Below are positions 42,801 to 50,686 of a stretch of 64,000 nucleotides of DNA, piece by piece (the first letter of the stretch is position 1; the number at the start of each line of letters is the position of its first letter). The DNA lies in the NCBI RefSeq assembly GCF_006345805.1, contig NC_042998.1, positions 137,578,001-137,642,000 of the forward strand, read 5' to 3'. The DNA is from Octopus sinensis. Taxonomy: Eukaryota. A model generated the notes under the pieces. It did not search any database. It was not told the DNA's origin and was given only the letters and a program-made list of their open reading frames with translations. A program made the position numbers and the translations under genes.

Positions 42801-45441
42801 AGTGGGGGAAAACAATAAACAAAATGAAGATGAAAATTAATCATTTAAATTACAAGCATTTCCTCTGTTGTTATTAATCATCCATTAATTAATGTAATAA
42901 AAAATTACAATGATGACAATTCATTAAGCTAGAATGTATAATGATGATAGCTTCCTTATTTTTAAGAAGCTTTACATACTGACAAGTATGAACAGTCAAA
43001 GTCAAACAGGTAACTTTGCTTTTAGACTCCAAGATGTACACTAACAAGACAATCCAGGCCATGCTTTTAATAGGTGTGACCTTCCTTTCAACAGCAATAC
43101 CTCAGCATTAATTTCACAGATTAATCAAATATAAGCAGTAGAAATAAAACTAAAATAAGTAGAAGAAATTAAATGTTTTAATTCATGGTAGACATGAATT
43201 AAAACATTTATTTTAACAAAAAAAGACAAAAAATACAATGTTAAAAAGTACCTGGCAATCTCAAGCCACGAAAGCTGTTAAAGCTTGTCCATACCAATAC
43301 TGCCTAATCCTTTACAAAGAAGTACTCACAAGAAAATTATTGCATGTAGGTTGTCAATCATCATCATCTTTTAACATTCATTTTCCATCTTGGCATGGGT
43401 TGAAGAATTTGACCAGAATTAACAGACCCAAAGACTTCTTGCTCCAATGTCTGCTTTGGCATGGTTTCTACAACTGGATGCCCTTCTTACAACCAACCAC
43501 TTTACAGAATGTGCTGGGAGCTTTTTTCATGGAATCAGCATTAGTAAGGTCAGCATGCAGCTCACAAGACTAAGATCCTTATTCACTACAGTAGAGAGGG
43601 AGGCAACTTTAGGCTAAGTGATGAGGAGTTAAAGTAAGAAAGAAGTGACTCAAAACAAGTTCCATACTTTAAACCTCTCATCACCTAGGATATATTTTTA
43701 CAGTGATATATATTTGTAACTTGCATAATGTGAAACATTTTTAGATATAAACTCCACTTGGTTTGTCTCCAAATGATGACATCTTCAAGAGACAATCACA
43801 CACCATGAAGTCAAGTAAACAAGATTATGATGAGTGAAAAGCAGCTGTTTTTACAGCTGAAGGCCCTTTCAACCACTAACCATTAAACAGTTGCATAAGT
43901 GAGGAAGCTGTTTTGTCAGTAAGACAATCTACAGCAAAGAAAATTCTGTGCCTTACCTAAGAGCACAACAGTGGCTGCAGTAAAGCTTGAATTGGTGATA
44001 GTTTGCTTGGTGATCCAGCAACTTAGGCTAGCAGCAATATTCTTTTCTAATCTAGGCACAAGGCCCGAAATTTTTTTTTGGGGGGGGGGGCTAGTCAATT
44101 ACATCGATCCCAGTATGCAACTGGCACTTAATTTATCAACCTCCAAAATGATGAAAGGCAAAGTCGACCTCACCAGAATTTGAACTCAGCTGTAAAGAAA
44201 TGAAATACCGCAAAGCACAGCATCACAAAGAGGAAAACAAAAAGATAAATAGAAACTTCTGAAATATTGTGTTAAGTCATCAGTTTTGCAATATTTTGGC
44301 AACTTATTTGCTTTATTCCTCAAGTTACAAGAAAAGCAGCCAAGCACTCAAAGTAGAGGCCATCATGTTGCACCATCTGTAGTCATCTTTCTGCCAGTTC
44401 TTTGATCCCAAGCTGAGACTAGTTCTTGTCCTTCGAGGTGAAGAACTCCTTCATTGAAGCTTCCACCTCCTTGGCTGATGGAGCATTGCAAGTGCAGGAA
44501 GAGAGCTAGATTCAGACTATATGCAGGGTGTGTTATCAGTTTGTTTCCCTCAAGTTCCTGAGTTTATACCAGGCCCTTTGAGCAGTATGATGCCTGCATT
44601 GTCTTGCTACAGAAGTGCTCGCTCTCTGTTAACTGATACCACACAATGGCAAACATCCACTCCAGTGTTTGAAGTACATGTTGGCACCAATGCCTCAACC
44701 ATCCAGAATGAATTGGTAGTGAACCATCTCCACGTAATTCCCCCAGTTGCAGAGAATCACCTTGTGTTCGAAATGCCTATGTTTGGCAACAGGTTCCAGA
44801 AGTTGGCTCTTGCTTAACCACTGCTTATGCACGTTAGGATTGTAGTAAAATATATCCCTCAGATTATTACTTGTCCCAATCCATGATTCACTTCATCAAC
44901 CAAGTGGAGGTGGAAGTTTCAGTGAAGGACAAGAACTGATATCATCGTGGGATCAAAGAACTAGCAGAAAGGTAACTTCAGACAGTGCAACATGATGGCC
45001 TCTACTTTAAATGTCAGGTTGCTTTCTTTTTAACTTGACAAATAAAGCAAATGAGTTATCAAAATATTGCAAAACTTTTAACTCAATATTACAATACTGG
45101 AAATGCTGCTTTAGTACAGCACTAACAATCAAATCAGAAAATATTTTTAGCTTTTATTTTAACTATTCATTGCAATGTCTAAGAAAGGGTGGCTAGGTTC
45201 AATACATCTGTTTTTCCTTAAATAGACTGATAAGACTAAATTCCTAAAAGAAAATAAGAGAATTAAGCTGTAGATATAAAGCAAGAGAATGTGTAAATGA
45301 TATCCAAAAGAAATTACCCAGGTTGAGGCTATCTAATTTGGCTGGAAGACCACACTGAACAGCAGCAATCAGTTTCAAAGCAATATAAAACTGACTTCGA
45401 CCAAAGTGACCTAATCTTTTAGCTCCACAAAGCTCAGAAAT
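1119..45441 (-). CDS. REPS1: REPS1/REPS2-family RalBP1-associated Eps15-homology (EH) domain protein; multi-exon, partial at both ends
   Basis: Twelve GT-AG exons join in frame: 45318-45441, 40031-40075, 32104-32185, 30203-30383, 22656-23073, 18633-18824, 17653-17716, 15199-15344, 14379-14455, 10731-10838, 9363-9471, 1119-1376 (1804 nt). Peptides [29 protein letters not shown] and [20 protein letters not shown]...[47 protein letters not shown] are the two EH modules typical of REPS proteins. Confidence 0.93.
4362..4535. repeat. Degenerate (TG)n/(GA)n microsatellite
   Basis: Visible dinucleotide runs. Confidence 0.9.
6398..6483 (-). CDS. Candidate alternative terminal REPS exon ([28 protein letters not shown])
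   Basis: Strong acceptor tctttctttttatactctttag|TG; phase 1, compatible with exon 9363-9471; in-frame TAA at 6398-6400; followed by about 1.7 kb without a recognisable SINE. Confidence 0.5.
9363..9471 (-). CDS. REPS1: REPS exon ([36 protein letters not shown])
   Basis: Acceptor ctcatactatataag|GAT, donor ACAG|gttagt; 109 nt, phase 0 to 1; HPVAxR motif. Confidence 0.87.
10150..10560 (+). mobile_element. Degenerate RTE/BovB-like LINE 3' ORF fragment
   Basis: Frameshifted translation resembles ILGI.Y.DHITNEQV...[16 protein letters not shown]...GKRRRGRQRKRW. Confidence 0.7.
10731..10838 (-). CDS. REPS1: REPS exon ([36 protein letters not shown])
   Basis: Acceptor ctcttatcattgcag|TGG, donor CCT|gtgagt; 108 nt, phase 0 to 0. 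Confidence 0.88.
11133..11414. repeat. Palindromic foldback/MITE-like element of about 280 bp
   Basis: Arm 11133-11268 is the near-perfect reverse complement of 11280-11414; loop about 11 nt. Confidence 0.9.
12152..14285 (+). mobile_element. RTE-clade LINE, 5'-truncated: reverse transcriptase region, C-terminal ORF and 3' UTR
   Basis: ORF 12237..13406 has [45 protein letters not shown] (decayed YADD); frameshift at the C-run near 12848-12858; RGRPxKTW-like tail near 13700; 3' UTR with tandem ggtggcacgtaaaaagcacc units ending in (GAT)n; 2x39-bp tandem duplication at the 5' junction (12152-12229). Confidence 0.93.
14379..14455 (-). CDS. REPS1: REPS exon ([26 protein letters not shown])
   Basis: Acceptor aacttccactag|AT, donor CAG|gtaatt; 77 nt, phase 1 to 0. 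Confidence 0.87.
15199..15344 (-). CDS. REPS1: REPS exon, EH domain EF-hand ([48 protein letters not shown])
   Basis: Acceptor atttatgcag|G, donor AACG|gtaaaa; 146 nt, phase 2 to 1; DxNxDGxLxxDEF EF-hand loop. Confidence 0.95.
16316..16372. repeat. Perfect 22-bp inverted repeat with a 13-nt loop at the 5' edge of an RTE 3'-UTR fragment
   Basis: gcttcatcaggcccagtcagat (16316-16337) and atctgactgggcctgatgaagc (16351-16372). Confidence 0.92.
17653..17716 (-). CDS. REPS1: REPS exon, EH domain ([22 protein letters not shown])
   Basis: Acceptor ttttgatttctag|GA, donor TG|gtaagt; 64 nt, phase 1 to 2. Confidence 0.95.
18633..18824 (-). CDS. REPS1: REPS exon, start of the canonical EH domain (GLLDTG...[30 protein letters not shown])
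   Basis: Acceptor ctattaatcaatag|GT, donor ATAG|gtaaga; 192 nt, phase 1 to 1. Confidence 0.93.
19893..21120 (+). mobile_element. Full-length decayed mariner (DD34D) transposon
   Basis: Imperfect 33-bp TIRs (tatctggtcattaagaatgaaatgtctgatttt at 19893-19925; aaaatcagacatgtcattcttaataactcgata at 21088-21120); motifs WVSHEL (WVPHEL), [32 protein letters not shown]; many stops and frameshifts. Confidence 0.9.
21130..21440 (+). mobile_element. Interspersed repeat (SINE-like) flanked by (TAT)n
   Basis: High-complexity 310-bp block between (TTA)n runs; the family was not identified with certainty. Confidence 0.5.
21709..22295. repeat. Compound (TAT/TAC)n microsatellite of about 590 bp
   Basis: Pure ATT/ACT triplets; source of the spurious poly-Asn and poly-Ile/Val ORFs. 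Confidence 0.97.
22656..23073 (-). CDS. REPS1: REPS exon ([24 protein letters not shown]...[11 protein letters not shown])
   Basis: Acceptor tctttgcttttcag|AGC, donor AAAG|gtatga; 418 nt, phase 0 to 1; SPxQSPPTSP motif as in REPS1. Confidence 0.9.
23182..23389. mobile_element. piggyBac-like MITE
   Basis: ctaa|CCCTTTTGTTAC ... GTATCAAAGGG|ttaa imperfect TIRs with TTAA-like target; AT-rich interior. Confidence 0.55.
23760..24000 (-). mobile_element. CORE-like tRNA SINE (other copies near 17200-17450 - and 62400-62530 -)
   Basis: Minus strand gtgaaggcatatagcctcgtagttagagtg...tcttgagcaaaacatttcatttcacattgctccagtccactcagctg. Confidence 0.7.
24135..24450 (+). mobile_element. Solo RTE 3'-UTR copy with tandem units of about 62 bp
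   Basis: Matches 13970-14285; ends in (GAT)n. Confidence 0.85.
26700..26940 (+). mobile_element. Degenerate RTE reverse-transcriptase fragment
   Basis: Similar to FSVQVGVHQGSVLSPLLF...LQAITEEFK...DDLV and to 12780-12930. Confidence 0.6.
28283..28351 (-). CDS. Candidate alternative REPS exon (..[15 protein letters not shown])
   Basis: Donor AAG|gtcagt at 28283; possible acceptors at 28328 (46 nt, phase 2 to 0) or 28351 (69 nt, phase 0 to 0); both fit the flanking phases; CpG-rich non-repeat island. Confidence 0.35.
29600..29940 (+). mobile_element. Mariner transposase N-terminal (HTH) relic
   Basis: Translation [45 protein letters not shown]...LNKLIHKD matches the mariner N-terminus. Confidence 0.75.
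30203..30383 (-). CDS. REPS1: REPS exon, Pro/Ser-rich (VCPVNTSSG...[13 protein letters not shown]...SQYSQ)
   Basis: Acceptor tttttcctcttccag|T, donor CAG|gtagac; 181 nt, phase 2 to 0; the other two frames hit stops. Confidence 0.85.
30522..30890 (+). mobile_element. tRNA-derived SINE, family A (other copies near 8290, 9680, 19350, 25355, 31810 -, 36490, 39460, 56975, 62700 -, 63745)
   Basis: Recurrent ggcatggctgtgtggtaagaag...caaccacatggtt..gggttcagtcccactg...ccttgggcaagtgtcttctact consensus. Confidence 0.85.
32104..32185 (-). CDS. REPS1: REPS exon ([28 protein letters not shown])
   Basis: Strong acceptor ttttactttctttcccccag|, donor GG|gtaagt; 82 nt, phase 1 to 2, exactly bridging its neighbours. 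Confidence 0.85.
32500..32625. repeat. (TG)n(TA)n(CA)n compound microsatellite
   Basis: Visible dinucleotide runs; similar arrays at 504-563 and 33669-33763. Confidence 0.95.
35126..36349 (-). mobile_element. Full-length Tc1/mariner-superfamily element with DD36E spacing (Incomer-like), frameshifted transposase
   Basis: 30-bp TIRs with 29/30 identity (CAGGGGTTGGACAAAATAATGGAAACACCT), TA on both flanks, 1224 bp; ORF pieces [15 protein letters not shown]...[27 protein letters not shown]...[12 protein letters not shown], with 36 residues between D and E. Confidence 0.93.
36672..37806 (-). mobile_element. Non-autonomous Helitron
   Basis: On the minus strand: 5' A|TCTCTATATATATAAAA, (TGTC)n near the 5' end, internal tandem duplication of about 130 bp (37518-37760), 3' GC-rich hairpin CCCGGCAACGACGGG then CTAG|T. 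Confidence 0.75.
40031..40075 (-). CDS. REPS1: REPS exon ([15 protein letters not shown])
   Basis: Acceptor tctttttccatag|, donor CATG|gtaagt; 45 nt, phase 1 to 1; the LPKF motif follows EH1 as in REPS LPLPRF. Confidence 0.88.
41020..41676 (+). mobile_element. RTE LINE 3' fragment (ORF end plus 3' UTR tandem units)
   Basis: Colinear with 13480-14130; [16 protein letters not shown] in ORF 41150..41350. Confidence 0.88.
41677..42021. repeat. Head-to-head inverted pair of RTE 3'-UTR copies
   Basis: Arms 41677-41841 and 41857-42021; innermost 21 bp perfect; 15-nt spacer. Confidence 0.9.
44265..45088. mobile_element. Mariner relics: minus-strand C-terminal half (44265-44870) plus an inverted second 3' end (44892-45088)
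   Basis: Minus strand reads IFYYNP...KVILCNW...LL*QDNA...HPAYS.NLA; the same 3' end and TIR appear on the plus strand at 44892-45088. Confidence 0.8.
45318..45441 (-). CDS. REPS1: REPS exon, N-terminal EH-like domain ([41 protein letters not shown])
   Basis: Acceptor ttttcag|ATT, donor CTGG|gtaatt; 124 nt, phase 0 to 1. Confidence 0.93.
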
Positions 45442-45963
45442 CTGAAAAACAGAAAAAGACAAATAGACAACATTAGCAATGATAAAGAGAAGAGGAAAAG
45501 AAAGGAGAAGTGGAATCACTGGGAAAAGAAAAATATCTATTGCAAGGTTAAATGATTTAGAAATTTAGTAAATTCTAAAAGAAACAATACAAAAGTGTAT
45601 ATTACATTTAAAAAGAATATTCACACACACAGACACACAAAAAAATTCCCACTGATAAAAACAAAGCTTCTAGAATAGATGGAGAAAATTTGAAAGGTCA
45701 CTTTGATAAAATAGTTAAAATGTTTTAGGTTTGCAAATGTGGGTTCAAATCCCATGGGCAGCTTTTGACTTCTTTCATCCAAGCGGCTTTTTAACCCAAT
45801 ATCCTACAGACTATTATATACATAGATTTATCTGCTTCAAGTTCCACAATTAAAATGATATACTTCATATCTCTAGAAGTTTCTAAATTTATAAAATGTA
45901 AACAACAAACAATTTTTGCTCGTAAGAAGACAGCTTCTAAAATGGATGGAAAAAAACTTGAAG

Positions 45964-46036
45964 GGTTGCTTTTGTATAATGGTAGAACATCTGACATTTT
46001 TACAGAAGGTACAGGTTCAAATCCAATGTGCAGCCT
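45964..46036 (+). pseudogene. tRNA-Lys(TTT)-like pseudogene or tRNA-derived SINE head; more degenerate tandem copy at about 45690-45755
   Basis: Acceptor stem GGTTGC/GCAGCC, A-box-like TATAATGGTAG, anticodon arm TCTG..TTT..CAGA, B-box GGTTCAAATCC; non-canonical loop bases and a broken T-stem. Confidence 0.45.
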
Positions 46037-46087
46037 TTGACATTATTGTTTCCAAACAAAGAGGTTTTTAAACTCAATATCCAACTA

Positions 46088-48400
46088 CACGGTGGACCCA
46101 GGGCTGGACATTTCAAGCATTTGAAGGTTTTTCAAAAGTGTTTTGATGTAATTTCTCAAAACTGCAATAAATATCTCAGCTAATACAAAAAAGGGTAAAA
46201 TAAAATTCAATTTTTAGAAATTTCATAGCATTTTGAAGCTGAGTCATGCACAAGTAAACAGTATGTGAACCATGTCAAAATGTTACCGATCAAAAATCAC
46301 CAAAATGAAAAATGGCTTGAAAATTTTATCTTGGAATTTTTTTTTGTGAAGGGGGGGGGGTCATCTAAGGGAAGAAAAGAGGCTAAAGTATGAATTTTAT
46401 TCAAACAGAAGCTATTTTCTTGCAATTCTAGGAATGCTGTTGAAGATTTTTTTTGTGGATGCTAAGGAATTTATCCCTAAAATTCAGCAAAATTTATTCA
46501 AATTTTATGTGGTTTCCCACAAATGTAATTTTGTAGGAAAAAAAGAGTACATGTTAATATCCAAAAGTTATTTGATTTTAAAAATTCAAGACATGTTTAA
46601 TTTAATACCAGATTCCAAGATGTTACCCTTTGTCCTTTTTTTAAAAGAAAACAAGATTGATATTGTATATGCTTTTCTCCACTTTTTACCCATCTTATAA
46701 TTTTCATCAAATTATGGTTATTTTTTTTTTTTTATATATACCAATTATCTCAATAATATCCTTTTGAAAGTTTAAAAAAATTTTAAAGTAACATGGTGGT
46801 ATGGTAAAGTAAGAGACAGTAGTAACATAACTCACAAAAGAAGGAAGTAAGGTTGATAAGAAAGATCTTTTAGACAAAATTTGTCATAGATTATCCACAT
46901 TTTACAAAAAAAAAATCTGGAAAAATTTACTTGACAAGAACTCTGATGTAGAAAACTAATTCAAAACTTTATAACTTGTATTAAGTCTCCAGATTTTGAT
47001 TTAATATAACTCAACAAGGCATCTACTTCTTTGGAAAGTCCTCTCCCTCTGCAATTTTCATACCATGGTAGAGTGTCTCCATTGTTGATTAACTTCATCA
47101 TAATTCAACCAAAACCAGGTGAATGTGTCATTCAAACTTTGTGTCTCGCCTGTCTTTCTCCCTAAATATGTCTTGAATTTTCTGAGCATTTTGTTACAGA
47201 CCTCCAAACCAGATTGATCAAGCTGACCAAGTCCATTACTCTCATAAACCTCAGTGAGTTACCACATGTAACCTAGTAATTTGTGCATGATCAGTGTAAT
47301 GTTGATCCAATTCAAAGGAATAAAGGTCAGTACAGATACTTTGGTAATATTTAACAATGATGTGATCTTTGGTATTAAGAGTTCTCAGGATATTGGCTAA
47401 CTGGGTGCCAAAAAATTTGAACTTCCTCTGATCAGCTTCTTCCATTCTTTAAATTTAATTGAATATGCAGTATAAGGACTTCACAATGCTCTAGAATGAC
47501 ACTTCTAATGAGTTCATAGACATCATGGTAATATTTTTGACCAAATTATAAAATACATTCTCAGTTAAAATTACATCCATGATTGCTTAAGATCAAATCA
47601 TCATCAGATCATTCTCTTACATACTGTACATGAGTGTTTTATTAATGAGAAACCAACTCAATTTTTGCATTAGAATTATAAAGAATTGAGGCATTTTACC
47701 AATATTAAGTAAGTGACCATCATCGTCTGTACCAGCACAAACAAAATATAAACCCAGTTTTATTTCATAAGTGCTGTTCTGCAAAAATTACATCAAGCCT
47801 TCCATTTCAACTCTCTATTTGTAGTTTAATGGTATCATTTCAGTATTCTTTTTGTAAAAATTACTATACAACCATCCCATTGCAACATTTTTCTACTAAG
47901 ATTACTAAAGAAATCCACTTGAATTTCTCTCACAAAGATTGATGCAGTGATCAGAGTTTATCTTTTTTTGTCTTCCTAATTAGATATGTTTATGTTACAT
48001 TACAAAAAATAGATTATATACACTTATTGCAAAGACGTGTATGCTTTGGGGTTAAACTATTGAACGACTTAACATGCTTCATCAGTGTGAAATCCAAGTA
48101 TATTTGGCAGTTCAATTTCTCCCTTTATTTACTGAAATCGGGGTCTTCAAATAGGTGCCAGAATATCAAAACATCTACTCAAGTCTTCAAGATAGGCCAA
48201 TTTAGATGTCAAACATGGATTTCAGATAAAATTTTAGGCTCTTGTATGTACAACTTTTCCAAAGAAAGCTGAAATCATTTACAAAAGGCTGCAAAAAGGC
48301 TTTATTTATAACATTATCTGCGGTTCAACCATCAAAAAAAAAAAAAGAAATTGTCAAAATCCAATCAGCAGTTAACAGGGATATGAGGGGGAAATTGACA
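46088..48400 (-). mobile_element. Decayed Transib/RAG1-like DDE transposase with one terminal repeat
   Basis: CACGGTGG terminus at 46088; minus-strand frames QLANILRTLNTKDHIIVKYYQSICTDLY...RLHVVTH (47251-47445) then TEVYESNGLGQLDQSGLEVCNKMLRKFKTYLGRKT...LNDTFTWFWL (47058-47255), parallel to RAG1 HKTLAH...SEGNESGNKLFRRFRK...EDVLKHHWL; the other end was not located. Confidence 0.68.
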
Positions 48401-48809
48401 GAGGCTCCTTTTCAAGGAGATACAGTCCATGCTTGAGAAAATCTAGATTGAGAAGTAATAAGTTTAACAAGAGTGCAGAGTGGCTAGAAAAATCTGAAAA
48501 ATATTGCCCTTACACCAAAAGCATACAATATAAGTACTGACATCTTTGAGATTGTAATAGAAACATTTCAGGATAATAAAGCACTAGAAAGATACTTCAT
48601 TGTTAGATTATGGGAGAGTGGTAGCAGCAGTAGCAAAAATAAAACCCTGGCCTTCCTTGGTATAGAAATGAGATACAAGACTATTTCCTTGATGCATAGT
48701 GGATGTGCTTACCAAATACTAGGTTTTTATGTTTCAACTGAAAGATGTGAATATTTATATATAAAAATATTCCAAAATAAATAATTTTTATATGCAAAAA
48801 TATATTTCC

Positions 48810-49310
48810 ATCCTTCAGTGGAATGTGGTCAATGCCAGGTCCACCTGACTGGCTCCCATGCTGGTGACACATAAAAAGCACCAACTGAACATGGCCAATG
48901 CCAGTACCCCCCGACTGGCTCCCGTGCTGGTGACACATAAATAGCACCATCCAAACGTGGTTGATGTCAGGTCCGCCTGACTGGCTCCCATGCCGGTGGC
49001 ACATAAAAAGCAACAACCAATCATGACCAATGCCAGTACTCCCTCAATGGCTCCTGTGCTGGTGGTACATAAAAAGCACCATCTGAACATGATCGTTGCC
49101 AGGCCCACCTGACAGGCTCCTGTGCCAGTGGCACATAAAAAGCACCCACTACACTCTCGGAGTTGTTGGCATTAGGAAAGAGATCCAGCTGTAGAAATAT
49201 TGCCATATCAGATTGGAGCCTGATGCAGCCGCTGGCTCTCCAGACCTCAGTCAAACCGTCCAACCCATGCCAGTATGGAAAACTGTCATTAAACGATGAT
49301 GATGATGAAT
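48810..49310 (+). mobile_element. Solo RTE 3'-UTR copy with about five tandem 60-bp units
   Basis: Repeated gtgctggtgacacataaaaagcacc units followed by the common cactacactctcggag...(GAT)n tail. Confidence 0.85.
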
Positions 49311-50686
49311 GGAAGAATATGAACCTACTGATGAATATATTTATGTATATAAAAATGGTTCATACATTATTATTATACATATGAATACAAATATTTATAT
49401 CCTTCAATGTATATAAAAATAATGATGATGAGGAATATATATATTACACACACACACTTCATAATAAATAAAAATTGTTTCTGTGTGTTCAAAAACTATA
49501 AACTAAGGGTGGAGGTAATGGAAGATAAGGAATGATTAGAAGGAAGGACTGAATAATATAGCTGAAGAGAGAAAGCTGGTAATAAAGACAGTGAGAAATA
49601 CTACAAGAGGAAAGCCATAATGCTACTCCAGCATTTTTATGCTAGTTATACTGTTAATGTTTTAATATTAGTTATACATGCTTCAAGAAACAACTATATA
49701 TTTTAAAGAAGCTAATGAGGAAACCTCTATGTAGGCATTTGACTTAATGGAAATAAGAGCTAAATCTCCCTCAAACTTTTCACTGAAAAATATATGAATA
49801 TACTGAACAACCTAGTCATAGTGATAATATGCCACAAGAAAACATGATCAGAATTAAAATGTCTGACAGACAATACAGGCAAGTCACAGAAATATCTAGT
49901 AGTTGAGTACCAAACTTGACCAGACAGAGATATGGAATAGCTGAAACTATTTGGTCTGCAAATGTGTACCAAATAATTTCAATGACTAACCACATACTAT
50001 AAGCCTGATCAATCAAGGTTGATTTCATCTAAACAACTTATTTTCAGTTTCCTAAAACTTGTCAACAAATATGTAGCACATATTATATATTCCAAAAAAT
50101 TAATCAACAACTCTTAATTCTTATGGAAAAGACATTAACTGCTACAAGTTTCAAAATCTTGAGATCTCAGATTCTAGACTTTCACTTTGCTAAAGAGAAA
50201 ACTAAGTTTATCTCTCAGAGTCTTAGCTTACAAATATGTCAGTCTTGATCAACTATGTACGAGTTACAATATCTTGACACACCTCATTATAGAATACTTC
50301 TTTTATATCCATTCCTTAATTGTAGACACCCTAGACCACGATCAGAAGAATGCCATTCATCTTACTTTGCTTGTCAACAATGACCTTCTTATGGTCTATC
50401 TCTTATAATGTATCCTTTCAGCCTATTGCTCTCAGTCTATATTTGCTGCATTCACTTAATAGACAAAGATGGTCATGCAACTAAGAAATTCATTATGAAA
50501 TTACATGGTTCCAGGTTCAATTCTAAATTTCACCACAGGTAATCTCTTACTAGGTCTTATGAGTAAAAGTGGATCAATAATAACTAAATATTAACCAGTT
50601 GGATTAAATCTACCATCCAAGACAGATCCAGTTTTCCCAACACCACTATGTGTGTGGCTCTTGTGTATCAACAGTAGAGTCTAGTC

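Noticed and set aside
50643-50650. CCACTATG as the possible other terminus of the Transib-like element
   Set aside because: The flanking sequence does not match the reverse complement of the 46088 end and no TSD match is seen
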